This document shows, piece by piece, positions 39,853-54,448 of a stretch of 64,000 bases of DNA. Source of the DNA: the human T2T-CHM13v2.0 reference genome, Homo sapiens; the NCBI RefSeq assembly GCF_009914755.1, contig NC_060939.1, one strand, 5' to 3'. Position numbers and translations under genes: made by a program. The stretch's first letter is position 1. The number at the start of each line of letters is the position of its first letter. The notes under the pieces were generated by a model that was not told the DNA's origin, made no database searches, and saw only the letters and a list, made by a program, of their open reading frames with translations.

Positions 39853-41878
39853 CTTCATGAGTTTGTCTAGTTTCAATCTTTGAGGCTGCTGACCCTTGGA
39901 TGGGGTTTTGGTGGGGGCTTTTGTTGTTGTTGATGCTGTTGTTGTTGCTTTCTGTTTTGTTTGTTTTTCTTTCAATAGTCAGGTCCCTCTTCTGTAGGGC
40001 TGCTGCAGTTTGCTGGGGGTCCACTTCAGGCCCTATTCATCTGGTTCACTCCCATGCCTGGGTGCCTGGAGGTGTCATTCAAGGAGGCTGGAGGACAGCA
40101 AAGATGGGTGCCTGCTCCTTCTTACAGTATCTCTGACCTCAAGGGGCACCAATCTGATGCAGGTAGGATTGCTCCTGTATAAGGTGTCTAAAAACCCCTG
40201 TTGGAGGGTCTCACCAGGTTGAGTGCGTGGAGAACAGGACCCATTTAATGAAGCACTTTGTCCCTTGGTAGAGAAGGTGTGTATCAGTTGGGGAGGCCCA
40301 CTCGTCTGGGCTGCCCAGATTCCTCATTACTACCAGGAGGAAAGGCTAAGTCTGCTGGTTCACAGACACTGTGGCCACCCCTCCCCCTAGGGTCTCAGGC
40401 CCACAGAGATCAGCTTTCTGTCCCTGAGCCTCTGACTGGAGTTGTTGGAGTTCCTGCAGGGAGGCCCCACCCAGTGAGGAAGGATGAGTCAGGGTCAGGC
40501 CTGAAGAGGAGCTCTGGCTGCAGTCTGCCACAGCCAGAGTTTTGGGCTGTAGGAGACACCTCTTGAGACCAAGCTGTCCAGCCTCCCTGGCTCCAGCAGG
40601 GAAAAAGCACAGTCTGGCGATATAGAGATGGATGCTGCCCTTCCCTCGCCCAGGGAGCTTAGTGTGTTAGGCAGTTATGAGTCCCAGTGCTGGCTGCTGC
40701 CCCTCCCACAAGAGCTCAAAAGGCTTAGACAGCAGGTAGCTACAGCTGTAGTGCTAGTCTCCCCTCCTCCCAGGAGCTCCGCAGGCTTCAGTAATTCTAG
40801 CTGAGGGGCTGTTGAGAATCTGCCCTGCTCCAGGGTTGGGACCCTAGGCCCTGGTGGCGTGGGTTTGCAAGTGGGATCTTCTGATCCGTGGGTTGCATAG
40901 TTCCATGGAAAAAGCAGTTTCCCGTGCTGGGTAGCATGCTCACTCACCACCTCCCTTGGGTGGGGGTTTGGGGGTCCCCTGCCCCATGTAGTTCTCAGGT
41001 GGGCCGCCACACCACACTGCTCTTCCTTCCTCTCTGTGGATCATGCCAGCCAAGTAGTCAGTTCTGATGAGAGAACCTGGATACCTTGGTAGCTGGTGCA
41101 GGATTCACAGGGTATTATGATTCTTTTTAATGGAAGCCTCTGTTTACCACTGCTTCTAGTCAGCCATCTTGGCCCTGTCCCCCTTTTCGCAGTATTTCAG
41201 TGCATTGACACATAGAAATATATGTGTGATTGGGGAATGGAGTATTTTCCTTCAGTAGAATGAATGCAAAACTTCCCTTTTCCCCTAGTGGATGATGAAA
41301 ACATTGACACGGTTCTTTTGCTTCCGGTGACATTTTGACTCCAACCCTCTCTTGTTCTAAGCATACACAGAGATTGCAAGAAAGTGCATGAAGAGCCTGA
41401 GAACAGATATAAGAACTGAGATCTTTGCTTTTCTTTGGAAATGTATGGAGCAACACAAGCTACATTTTCAGCACGCACACATATGCACACATATCTATGA
41501 CTCTGCCATAGCCTTCAGTCTAATTGCGTGATTTTCACAATGTTTCTTTTCACATGTAGTCCAAGATACAAAGTGCCAGTTTTTTCCAGCTGGGAGATCC
41601 CCAGAATTATATCCACCAGAACTGCTGTACAGATATATTTTTATTACCTCTTCCTCTCAGTGCTGCCAGTAGCAAATGATGTAGTAAATCCATTCCAGGC
41701 TTTCACAAAAAATGTCCCTTAGCATTTTGCAAGGCCGAAACACAGATAAGCACTATTTTTAATTTAAAAGTACAGTCAGATGTTGAAAAGAAAAAGGGCT
41801 ATTCTTATAAAAGGATCAAATAAATATATTCTTTTAAAAACTTATTTTTCTTTGTCCCAACTTATAAAAACCATTCTT

Positions 41879-43877
<1,999 letters not shown>

Positions 43878-44417
43878 TATGCAGATTTTTACACTTATTT
43901 TGTTATACAAATATGGGCACCACCACACGTTCCTGCTATAGAGCTTCCTAATAAGATGTCAACTGAAAGAAAAACAGACTTCTGCTAATATCGATGCCAG
44001 ATACTTAAGGGGTCTACAGAAACAAAGAAAACCTTTTATAACATTTAATATCTGTAAGTATATAAATGTTTTTAACATCTTTAAACATAGGAAATCCTGC
44101 ATATCCAAATGTATCTCTTGTAGTTGTAAATAATTATGGCATTCATTCACATAATCAATACCCAATCACAGTATATCCTTGGTAATCTCTTGGCTCTGTA
44201 TTTTATTCTGTTGAGAAGATGAAATTAGGGATACTTTGAGGTTTTTTTTAATAAAAAAATCCAACAGATGTAAGTAGGACATGCTTTTTTTCAAATTAAA
44301 CCTTTTATTTTAAGATACTCATAGCTGCACATGCTATTGTAAAAAATAATAGAGAGAAATCCCATGTACACTTTACCATTTCCCCAAAAAAGAATCTTGC
44401 AAAACCATAGTATACTT

Positions 44418-44783
44418 TCACAACCTGGATCCTGGCACTGATACACTCAAGATAGAGAATACTACACTATCACAACCCGGATCCTGGCACTGATACACTC
44501 AAGATAGAGAATACTACACTATCACAACCCGGATCCTGGCATTGGTACACTCAAGATAGAGAATACTACACTATCACAACCCGGATCCTGGCATTGATAC
44601 AATCAAGATAGAGAATACTACACTATCACAACCCAGATCCTGGCATTGATACAATCAAGATAGAGAATACTACACTATCACATCCCGGATCCTGGCATTG
44701 ATACACTCAAGATAGAGAATACTACACTATCACAACCCGGATCCTCACACTGATACAATCAAGATACAGAACACCTCTATCAC
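44418..44783. repeat. 52-bp minisatellite, 7 units
   Basis: Unit TCACAACCCGGATCCTGGCA(C/T)TGATACA(C/A)TCAAGATAGAGAATACTACACTA starts at 44418, 44470, 44522, 44574, 44626, 44678 and 44730. The last unit is diverged. Confidence 0.97.
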
Positions 44784-44802
44784 CACAATCTTTCCTCATG
44801 CA

Positions 44803-45071
44803 TTTTTTTTTTTAAGAGATGGGGTTTCTGTTGCCCAAGCTGGAATGCAGTGGCACAATCATAGCTCACTGCAGCCTCAAACTCCTGGGCTCAAGTGATC
44901 CTCTACCTCAGCTTCCCAAGTAACTGGGACTACAGGAGCGCACCGCTACCCTGGCTAATTTTATTTTTTTAGAGACGAGGCCTCGCTATGTTGTTCAGGC
45001 TGGTTTTGAACTGTTAGCCTCAACCAATCTTCACACTTCAGCTTCCCAAGTAGCTGGGATTACAGGCATGA
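44803..45071 (-). mobile_element. AluJo-like
   Basis: ATCATAGCTCACTGCAGCCTCAAACTCCTGGGCTCAAG. TSD CCTCATGCATT / CCTCTTGCATT. Confidence 0.85.
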
Positions 45072-45514
45072 CCCTCTTGCATTGTGTAACCACACCCACT
45101 TTCATCCACATCCACCTTTTCTTCAACCCCAGGAAAAATCATTAATGTGTTCTTTATTTCTATAATGTTGCCATTTAAAAAATGTTATTATAAATAGAAT
45201 TACACAACATGGAACTCTTCAGGATTGGCTTTCTTTCCCCCTTTTAATTCTCTGGAGATGCATCCAGGTTATTGCATGTGACCAGTTTGTTCCTTTTTGC
45301 TGCAGAGTGGTATTTCATAGTGTGGATATACCATACTGTGTTTAACCATTTACATTCTGAAAAACATCTCATTCTTTCTCCAGTTTAAGCTATTATAAAT
45401 GAAACTGTTAAAAAGATTCTTGTACAGCTTTTTGTGTAAACATGTAAGTCTTTATTTCCCTGGGGTAAATGCCTAGGAATACAATGCTGGGTAATAATGT
45501 AATCACATATTTCA

Positions 45515-46899
45515 TTTTTTTTATTATACTTTAAGTGTTATGGTACATGTGCACAACGTGCAGGTTAGTTACATATGTATACACGTGCCATGTTGGTGTG
45601 CTGCACCCATTAACTCGTCATTTAACACTAGTTATATCTCCTAATGCTATTCTTCTCCCCTCCCCCCACCCCACAACAGGCCCCGGTGTGTGATGTTTCC
45701 CTTCCTGTGTCCATGTGTTCTCATTGTTCAATTCCCACCTATGAGTGAGAACATGCGGTGTTTGGTTTTTTGTCCTTGCGATAGTTTGCTGAGAATGATG
45801 GTTTCTAGCTTCATCCATGTCCCTACAAAGGACATGAACTCATCATTTTTTATGGCTGCAGAGTATTCCATGGTGTATATGTGCCACACTTTCTTAATCC
45901 AGTCTATCATTGTTGGACATTTCGGTTGGTTCCAAGTCTTTGCTATTATGAATAGTGCCGCAATAAACATACATGTGCATGTGTCTTTATGGCAGCATGA
46001 TTTATAATCCTTTGGGTATATACCCGGTAATGGGATGGCTGGGTCAAATGGTATTTCTAGTTCTAGATCCCTGAGGAATCACCACACTGACTTCCACAGT
46101 GGTTGAACTAGTTTACAGTCCCACCCACAGTGTAAAAGTGTTCCTATTTCTCCTCATCCTCTCCAGCACCTGCTGTTTCCTGACTTTTTAATGATTGCCA
46201 TTCTAACTGGTGTGAGATGGTATCTCATTGTGGTTTTGATTTGCATTTCTCTGATGGCCAGTTATGGTGAGCATTTTTTCATGTGTCTTTTGGCTGCATA
46301 AATGTCTTCTTTTGAGAAGTGTCTGTTCATATCCTTCACCCACTTTTTGATGGGGTTGTTTGTTTTTTTCTTGTAAATTTGTTTGAGTTATTTGTGGATT
46401 CTGGATATTAGCCCTTTGTCAGATGAGTAGATTGCAAAAATTTTCTCCCATTCTGTAGGTTGCCTGTTCACTGTGATGTTAGTTTCTTTTGCTGTGCAGA
46501 AGCTCTTTAGTTTAATTAGATCCCATTTGTCAATTTTGGCTTTTGTTGCCACTGCTTTTGGTGTTTTAGACATGAAGTCCTTGCCCATGCCTATATCCTG
46601 GATGGTATTGCCTAGGTTTTCTTCTAGGGTTTTCATGGTTTTAGGTCTAACATTTAAGTCTTTAATCCATCTTGAATTAATTTTTGTATAAGGTGTAAGG
46701 AAGGGATCCAGTTTCAGCTTTCTATGTATAGCTAGCCAGTTTTCCCAGCATCATTTATTAAATAGGGAATCGTTTCCCCATTTCTTGTTTTTGTCAGGTT
46801 TGTCAAAGATCAGATGGTTGTAGATGTGTGGTATTATTTCTGAGGGCTCTGTTCTGTTCCATTGGTCTATATCTCTGTTTTGGTACCAGTACCATGCTA
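45515..46899 (-). mobile_element. L1PA4-like 3' fragment (approx. 1.4 kb)
   Basis: 3' UTR CACAACGTGCAGGTTAGTTAC...CCCATTAACTCGTCATTTAAC (GAG type). ORF2 C-terminal track ORFs 45728-45970 and 46388-46636. Confidence 0.85.
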
Positions 46900-47232
46900 T
46901 TACAGATTGTCAAATGATTTTCCAGAATGAAATCAGCTTTTCATCCCTGGAATAAACCTAACATGTTCATAGTGTACAATCTTTTTTATATATTATTAGA
47001 TTTCATTTGCTAAAATTTTAAGGAGTTTTGTTTCTATATTTATGAGGGATATTAGTCTGTAATTTTCTTTTTGGCATTGGTTCTGTCTGGATTTGAAATC
47101 AAGGTAATACTAGCTTCTAAAAGTGAGTTGAGAAATCTTCTTTACTATTTTTTGAAAGACACAATGTAAAATTTGTTTTACTTATTTTTAACATTTGGTA
47201 TATATCTTTCGTAAAAACAGTGAAACTCACTG

Positions 47233-47886
47233 TGGTCCCAGAACCAAGCTGGGTCTGGCTGTGTTTTCTTGAGGCCCAATAACAAGAAGCAGAAAAACTA
47301 GGAAAGAAGGGAATTCACTGCTGTAACTGGATACAGGGAGAAGGCTGGAGATAATTCCACCAGACCAACTCAAAGTTGTACAATTTTCTTAGTGCTTATA
47401 TTGGTTAGGGTTATATGCCTATGTACAGTATAGCATTTGCCTAAGTCTATTGGCAACTAATTCGTTTCAACTAGAAGGTTAGAGGCTTGCTAAGTTTGAT
47501 TAAGCTGTGATAACCCCAGTACCTTTAAGGCCTGTCTATTATGTTACTGGGGTGACTATTTCTATTTTATCTCTTTTACAGCTTGGTCTGGAGAGCTGCC
47601 TTTGACTCTCCAGCGAATTTATTCAAACAGTTGCCTTTGTGCTGCTGTGTTTTGCTTATCTAGGAGAGAGAGTTTCTGTGTCTGTTCCCAGACATCTTCT
47701 TGCAGCTGCAGGCATTCCAGCCCCCCAGTACCCCCACCCCCATGTCCACTTCTAGCTTCCTTATACTGTTAGTCTGTGCTGCTCTGTGGAAATTTGTCTG
47801 TGTAACTGAAGTGCTATGCAGGCCTGTCTGTGTGATTGTCATGCAGGCCTGTTTGTGTGATTATTAGGGAGAATTGGCCTGCCACA
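47233..47886 (-). mobile_element. ERV1 (MER4-group, MER87-like) solo LTR
   Basis: TG...CA termini with 4-bp TSD ACTG at 47229-47232 and 47887-47890. The element strand starts TGTGGCAGGCCAATTCTCCC. Exact subfamily uncertain. Confidence 0.7.
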
Positions 47887-48330
47887 ACTGAGCTTGTAGA
47901 TTGTTTTTTCCGTTGGTATTTTTTAAATTATAAATTTTTTAATAGTGATAAGGCAAATAAAATTATCTATTTCAAAATAACGAGTTTTGTAGTTTGTATT
48001 TTTAAAGGATTTTTAGTATCTAAGTTGTAAAATTTTATATGTGGAGAGTCATTTGTAGTATTCCCTTATTATCCTTTTGCTGTTTACAGACTCTAGTGAT
48101 ATTTCCTTCCATTCCTGATATTGGCAATGGTGCTTTCTTGTTTTCTGTGTAATTCTTGTTAGAGGTTTGTCAATTTTATTATTGTTTTTGAAGAACTAGT
48201 TCTCTGTTTCATTGCCCTTCTCTATTTATTTCTTTTCAATAGCATTGCTTTATGGTATTTTCTTATTTCTGTTAATTATTATTATTGTTATTAATTTCCT
48301 TATGTTAGCTTTGGATTTGGTTTGTCCATG

Positions 48331-49750
48331 TTTGTTTTGGTTGTCTGTGCTTATGGAGTATTACTCAAGATACCTTTGCCCAGACCAATGTCCTGGAGAG
48401 TTTCCCCAATGTATTATTTTAGTAGTTTCATAGATTGAGGTCTTAGATTTAAATCTTTAATCTATTTTGATTTAAATTTTGTATATGATGAGAGGTAGGG
48501 GTCTAGTTTCATTCTTCTGCATGCAGATATACAGTTTTCCCAGCACAGTTTATTGAAGAGGTTGTTATTCCATTGCATGTTCTTGGCTTCTTTTTCAAAA
48601 GTGACTTCATTGTAGATGTGTGGATTTCTTACTGGGTTCTGTATTCTGTTCCATTGGTCTATGTGTGTTTTTATGCCAATACCATGCTGTTTTGGTTACT
48701 ATGCCTTTGTAGTATAATTTGAAGTCTAGCAATGTGGTTCCTCCAGTTTTGTTCTTTTGGCTCAGTATCGATTTGGCAATTGTGGTCTTTATAGTGGTTT
48801 GATATAAATTGTAGAATTATTTCTACTATTTTTATGAAGATTAAAATGGTATTTTGATAAGATTGCATAGAATATGTAGATTGCTTTCAGCAGTATAAAT
48901 ATTTTAACGATGTCAATTCTTCCAATTCATGAAGATGGAATATCTTTCCATTTTTTGTGTCCTCATCAATTTCTTGCATCAATGTTTTATAGTTATCATT
49001 ATAGAGATCTTTCACATATTTGGTAAAGTTTATTCCTAGTTATATTATTTATCTGTATCTATTGTAAACGGGGTTACATTTAAAATTTCTTTTTTCAGAT
49101 TGTTTACTCTTGGCATATAAAAATGCTACTGATTCCTGCATGTTGAATTTGTACCCTTTAACTTTACTGAATTTGTTTATCAGTTCTAACAGTTTTGGGT
49201 GGACTCTTAAGATTTTCTAAATATTAAGATCATATCATCTGAAAACAAGGATAATTTGACTTATTTTATTCCAATTTAGATGTCTATTTATTTCTCTTAT
49301 CTGGTTCCTCTAGCTATGACTTGTAGTACTGTGTCAAATAATAGTGGTGGAAGTGGGCATCATAATTTTCCATGTCTTAGAGAAAAGGCTTTCAGTTTTT
49401 TCCCCATTCATTATGATACTAGCTTTGGGTTTGTCACATATGGCTTTTATTGTGTTCAGGAATGTTTCTTGTATCCCCAGGTTTTTAGAGTTTTTATCAT
49501 GAAGGGATATTGAAATTTAACAAATGCTTTTTCAGTATCAATTGAAATTATCATATGTTTTTGTCATTCATTCTGTTGATATAAATCACATTGATTAATT
49601 TGCATATGTTGAACCATCCTTGCATCACTGGGAAAATCCTACTTGGTCATAATAAATGATCATATTAATGTGTTGTGGAATTTGGTTTGCTTGTATTTTA
49701 TTGAGGATTTTTACATCAATGTTCATCAGGGATATTGGCCTTCAGTTTTG
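48331..49750 (-). mobile_element. L1MA (L1MA1-4-like) ORF2 fragment
   Basis: TTTGCCCAGACCAATGTCCTGGAGAGTTTCCCCAATG and continuous minus-strand ORF2/RT homology. Confidence 0.75.
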
Positions 49751-52270
49751 TTTTTTGTTTTGTTTTGTTTACTTTAAGTTCTGTGATACATTGTGCTGAA
49801 TGTACAGGTTTGTTACACAGGTATACATGTGCCATGGTGGTTTGCTGCATCTATCAACACATCATCTAGGTTTCAAGCCCTGCATTAGATATTTGTCCTG
49901 ATGTCTTTCCTTCCCTTGCCTCTGCCCCCTGACAGGCTCTGGTGTGTGATGTTCCCTTCCTCGTGTCCATGTGTTCTCATTATTCAAGTCTCACTTATGA
50001 GTAAAAACATGCAGTGTTTGGTTTTCTCTTCCTATGTTAGTTTGCTGAGGATGATGATTTCTGGCTTCATTCATGTCCCTGCAAAGGATATGAACTCATT
50101 CTTTTTTATAGCTGCATAGTATTCCATGGTGTATATGTGCCACATTTTCTTTATGCAGTCTATCATTGATGGGCATTTGGGTTGGTTCCAAGTCTTTGTT
50201 ATTGTAAATAGTGCTGCAATAAATATACATGCACATGTTTCTTTACAGTAAATGACGTATAATCCTTTGCATAATGGGATCGCTGGGTCAAATGGTATTT
50301 CTGGTTCTAGATCCTTGAGGAATCGCCACACTGCCTTCCACAATGGTTGAACTAATTTACACTCCCACCAACAGTGTAAAAGCATTCCTATTTTTCCATA
50401 TACTCGCCAGCATCTGTTGTTTCCTGACTTTTTAATGATCGCCATTCTAACTGGCGCGAGATGGTATCTCATTGTGATTTTGATTTGCATTTCTCTAGTG
50501 ACCAGAGATGACGAGCTTTTTTTTTCATATGTTTGTTGGCCGCATAAATGTCTTCTTTTGAGAAGTATCTGTTCATATCCTTTGCCCACTTTTTGATGGG
50601 GTTTTTTTTTTCTTGTAAATTGGTTTAAGTTCCCTGTAAGTGCTGGATGTTAGACCTTTGTCAGATGGATAGATTGCAAAAATTGTCTCCCATTCTGTAG
50701 GTTGCCTGTTCACTCTGATGATAGTTTCTTTTGCTGAGCAGAAGCTCTTTCATTTAATCAGATCCCATTTGTCAATTTTGGCTTTTGTTGCAATTGCTTT
50801 TGGTATTTTAGTCATGAAGTCTTTGCTCATGCTTATATTCTCCATGGTATTGCCTAGGTTTTCTTCTAGGGTTTTTATGGTTTTAGGTTTTACGTTTAAG
50901 TTTTTAATCCATCCTCAGTTAATTTTTGTATAAGGTGTAAGGAAGGGGTCCAGTTTCTGTTTTCTGCATATGGCTAGCCAGTTTTTCCAGCACCATTTAT
51001 TAAATAGGTAATCCTTTCTCCATTGCTTGTTTTTGTCAGGTTTGTCAAAGAACAGATGGTTGTGGATGTGAGGTGTTATTTCTGAGACCTCTGTTCTGTT
51101 CCTTTGGTCTATATATCGGTTTTGGTACCAGTACCATGCTGTTTCATTACTGTAGCCTTGTAGTATAGTTTGAAGTCAGGTAGCATGATGCCTCCAGCAT
51201 TGTTCTTTTTGTTTAGGATTGTCTTGGCTATATGGGCTCTTTTTTGGGTCCGTATGAAGTTTAAAGTTTTTTCTAGTTCTGTGAAGAAAGTCAATGGTAG
51301 TTTGATGGAATAGCATTGAATCTATAAATTACTTTGGGCAATATGGCCATTTTCATGATCTTGATTCTTCCTATCCATGAGGATGGAATGTTTTTCCATT
51401 TGTTTGTGTCCTCTCTTATTTCCTTGAGCAGTGGTTTGTAGTTCTCCTTGAAGAGGTCTTTCACATCCCTTGTAAGTTGTATTCCTCTATATTTTATTCT
51501 CAATGTAGCAATTGTGAATGGGAGTTGACTCATGATTTGGCTCTCTGCTGCTTGTCTGTTATTGGTGTATAGGAATGCTTGTGATTTTTGCACATCAATT
51601 TTGTATCCTGAGACTTTGTTGAAGTTGTTTATCAGTTTGAGGAGTTTTCGGGTTGAGACAATGGGGTTGAGACAATGGGGTTTTCTTGAAACCTGTTTTC
51701 TGTGATGTAAGTCAAGCTACTCTTGATTTTTGTTATTCCTATTTGAGTGGAATATCTTTTTCCACCCTTCAGTTCTGCTCTGATATTAGTTATTTCCTGT
51801 CTTCTACTAACTTTTGAATTTGTTTGCTCTTGATTCACTAGTAGTTCTTTTAATTGTGATGTTAGTGTATTGATTTGAGATCTTTCCCACTTTCTAATGT
51901 GGGCATTTAGTGCTATAAATTTCCCTCTTAACACTGCTTTAGTTGTGTTCCAGAGATTCTGGTACATTGTCTCTTTGTTCTCATTGGTTTCAAAGTACTT
52001 CGTTATTTCTGCCTTAATTTTGATTTTTAACCCAGTAGTCATTTAGGAGCAGGTTCTTCAGTTTTCATGTAGTTGTGCAGTTTTGAGTGTCTTAATCCTG
52101 AGTTCTAATTTGATTGCACCGTGGTCTGAGAGACTGTTACGGTTTCTGTTCTTTTCCATTTGCTGAGGAGTGTTTTGCTTCCGATTATGTGGTTGATTTT
52201 AGAATAAGTGCTATGTGTTGCTGAGAAGAATGTATATTCTCTTGATTTGGGGCTGAGAGTTCTATAGATC
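49751..52270 (-). mobile_element. L1PA8-like fragment with an internal deletion and filler at 51690-51770
   Basis: 3' UTR CATCTAGGTTTCAAGCCC...ATTTGTCCTGATG. ORF2 track fragments 50071-50589, 51291-51593 and 51632-52042. Confidence 0.82.
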
Positions 52271-54020
52271 TTGTTTTGTGCCTGGAAGGCTTTCCAGGTA
52301 TTCAAAGGGACTTGAGTATTGTGACCTAAGTCTTTTGTCTCTGCAGCAATATCTGCATTAGGGGGTACCCGAAGCCTAGTAACTCTGTGACTTTTGCAGT
52401 CTCATAAAGCTATTGCCTTGGCGTTTAGGGGTAAGATCCAGAATTCCCACGGATGACCAGGCAGAGACTCTTGTTCTCTTCCCTACTTTCCCCCAAACAG
52501 AGTCTCACTCTACTGAGCTTCCTGGAGCTGGGGGAAGGGTGACGCAAGCACCCCTTTGGCCACCACTTCTAGGACTGCACTGGGTCAGACCCAGTACAAG
52601 CACAGCACTGGGTCTCACCCAAGGCCCACAGTGACTACTGCCTGGCTACCACCTATGTTCACTCAAGGCCCAAGGGCTACATAGTCAGCAGACAGTGAAT
52701 CCAGCTAGGCTTGTGTCCTTCCATTCAGAGAAGCAAGTTCTCCCTGGCCTCAGGCAGTTCCAAAGATGCTTTCCAGAAGTCATAGTCTGGAATCAGAAAC
52801 CTTAGGAATCTACCTAGTGGTCTATTCTATTGCACCTGAGCTGGCAACCAAGTCACAAGACAAAGTTATTCCCACTCTTCATTCCCCTTTTCTCAAGCAG
52901 AGAAGTTTCTCCCCATGGCCACCACCACCCCAGTTTCATAGCAAGTACTGCCTGGCTACCACCAATGTTCATTCAAGTCCCAAGGGCTCTGTAGTCAGCT
53001 AGTGGTGAATGCTGCTAGTCTCAAGTCTCTCCCTTCAGGGCAGTAGAATACTATCTGGTCAAGGGCAGGTCCAGAAATGCTGTCCAGGAGCCAAATCCTG
53101 GAATCAGGGACCCCAGGAACCTTCTCTACCCCACAGTGACCAAGCTGGTACCTAAACTTGAAGACAAAGTCACGTTTACTCTTTCCTCCACTTTTCTCAA
53201 GAAGAAGGAGACTCTCCCCACAGCCACTATAGCTGGGAATGTGCTGGATCACACTTGAAGCCAACATGGCTCTGAGTCTAACCCAAGGTCCATGACAAGG
53301 ACTGCATGACTACCACTGCTGATTTTTTTAGGGTCCAAGGGCTCTTTAGTAAACAGACAATAAATCCTTACAGGACTGGGTCCTTGCCTTCAAGGTAATG
53401 GGTTTCCTTCTGGCCTAGAGTGTGTCTAGACATATCATCATGGAGCTAGGGCCTGGAATGGGGGCCTCAGAACTTTGCCTGATGCCCTATTCTACTGTGG
53501 CTTAGCTGGTATCCAAGTTACAGGAACAAAGTCCTTTTAATCTCCCCATCTCCTCTTCTCAAGCAGAAGGAAGAAGTCTTTCCTGGAGCTGCAAGCTGCA
53601 TGTCCTGGGGTTGGAAGAGGAGTGATGCAAGTACTACATTGGCTGCTCCAGCTGGCTGGTATCTTAGTAGGTTACATGTACCCCAAGTCCACTGGTTCCA
53701 AGCCCAGCACAGCATCAGGACTTTCCCAAGCGTTGCAGTCTTGGTGGCTTAGATTGCCTTTTAGGATTATTTAGGATCCCAGAGCTCTTTAGTCCATGGT
53801 GGTGGAGCTTGCCAGAACTCAGATTCTAACCACTGGGATGTAGGATTCACCTCTGGCTAGGGGTGGTCTAAGTGTTCCTCATTGGTCGCCAGCTGAAGTC
53901 TGCCTTGTGTTACATTATACTGTGACAGGGCAGCACTGTGTTCCAATGCAAAATTCTACAATCACTGTGCTCTCCCTCCCACACATGCACTAGATTATCT
54001 CTTCATGCCATACGTCCACT
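52271..54020 (-). mobile_element. L1MA/L1M1-type 5' UTR with internal repeated blocks
   Basis: GGAAGGCTTTCCAGGTATTCAAAGGGACTTGAG and recurring blocks CCAAGGGCTC...GTCAGC and GACAAAGT...TTCTCAAGCAGA. Confidence 0.7.
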
Positions 54021-54448
54021 GTCAATATTGTTGCAGACAAAGTGAGCTCACAACAGAATTGGAAAATACTACAATTTCCCTTTTGTTTCTTAATACTTTT
54101 AGACAATTTACTTACCTTTTATGGGCCTACTGACTACAGTGATGATACATACTACACAATCTTTTGTCCTTGGGTTTCATACATAACATAAAAATATATA
54201 TTTCTCTATTTTGCAGACTCCTCAAATTCACCTGTAAAATGTGAAAGCTTATCATAATAAATAAATCCTAAAATAGGGAAGGGAGGTTTTAGCCCACGAA
54301 CTCCCACAACTAGTAGCATGAATTATGAAAGATGAGAAGTTGCAAAAGAAAATATAGATTGGTAATATGGTTTACATATTTCTTGCTTTGCTTTTATAAT
54401 CAATAATATAAAAATAAAATAAGAAGATATCTCAGTGAGAAAATGTCC

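Larger units (their letters stand above)
34713..41183 (-). mobile_element. Full-length (approx. 6.5 kb) L1PA8/L1PA8A-like element, inactive
   Basis: 5' end GGGGACAGGGCCAAGATGGCTGACTAGAAGC with YY1-type CAAGATGGC, GC-rich 5' UTR, ORF1, ORF2, 3' UTR and T-rich tail on the plus strand. Degenerate TSD TTTTCACAATT / TTTTCGCAGTA. Confidence 0.92.
44293..48330 (-). mobile_element. L1MC-like host fragments (3' UTR 44293-45514, ORF2 remnants 46901-48330)
   Basis: Characteristic L1MC 3' end AAATAATAGAGAGAAATCCCATGTACACTTTACC...ATCTTGCAAAACCATAGTA. Interrupted by a VNTR, an Alu, L1PA4 and an LTR. Confidence 0.7.

Noticed and set aside
34713-41183. Full-length L1 as a potentially active element
   Set aside because: ORF1 and ORF2 are broken into many short frames by stops, frameshifts and indels.
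43942-44181. Two adjacent open exon-like segments (donor TCT|GTAAGT at 44054, acceptor CATAG|G at 44090)
   Set aside because: The implied intron is only 37 bp, the acceptors are weak and the peptides are unrecognised. Probably chance in AT-rich DNA.
44418-44783. Regularly spaced repeats resembling a CRISPR array
   Set aside because: Units are head-to-tail with no unique spacers, derive from L1MC, and lie in human DNA with no cas genes.
47817-47865. Short tandem repeat TGCAGGCCTGT(C/T)TGTGTGATT in the ERV1 LTR
   Set aside because: As recalled, this duplication is part of the LTR family consensus and is not locus-specific.
52271-54020. Internal repeated blocks as a novel tandem array
   Set aside because: Such repeats are a normal feature of L1MA/L1M1 5' UTRs.
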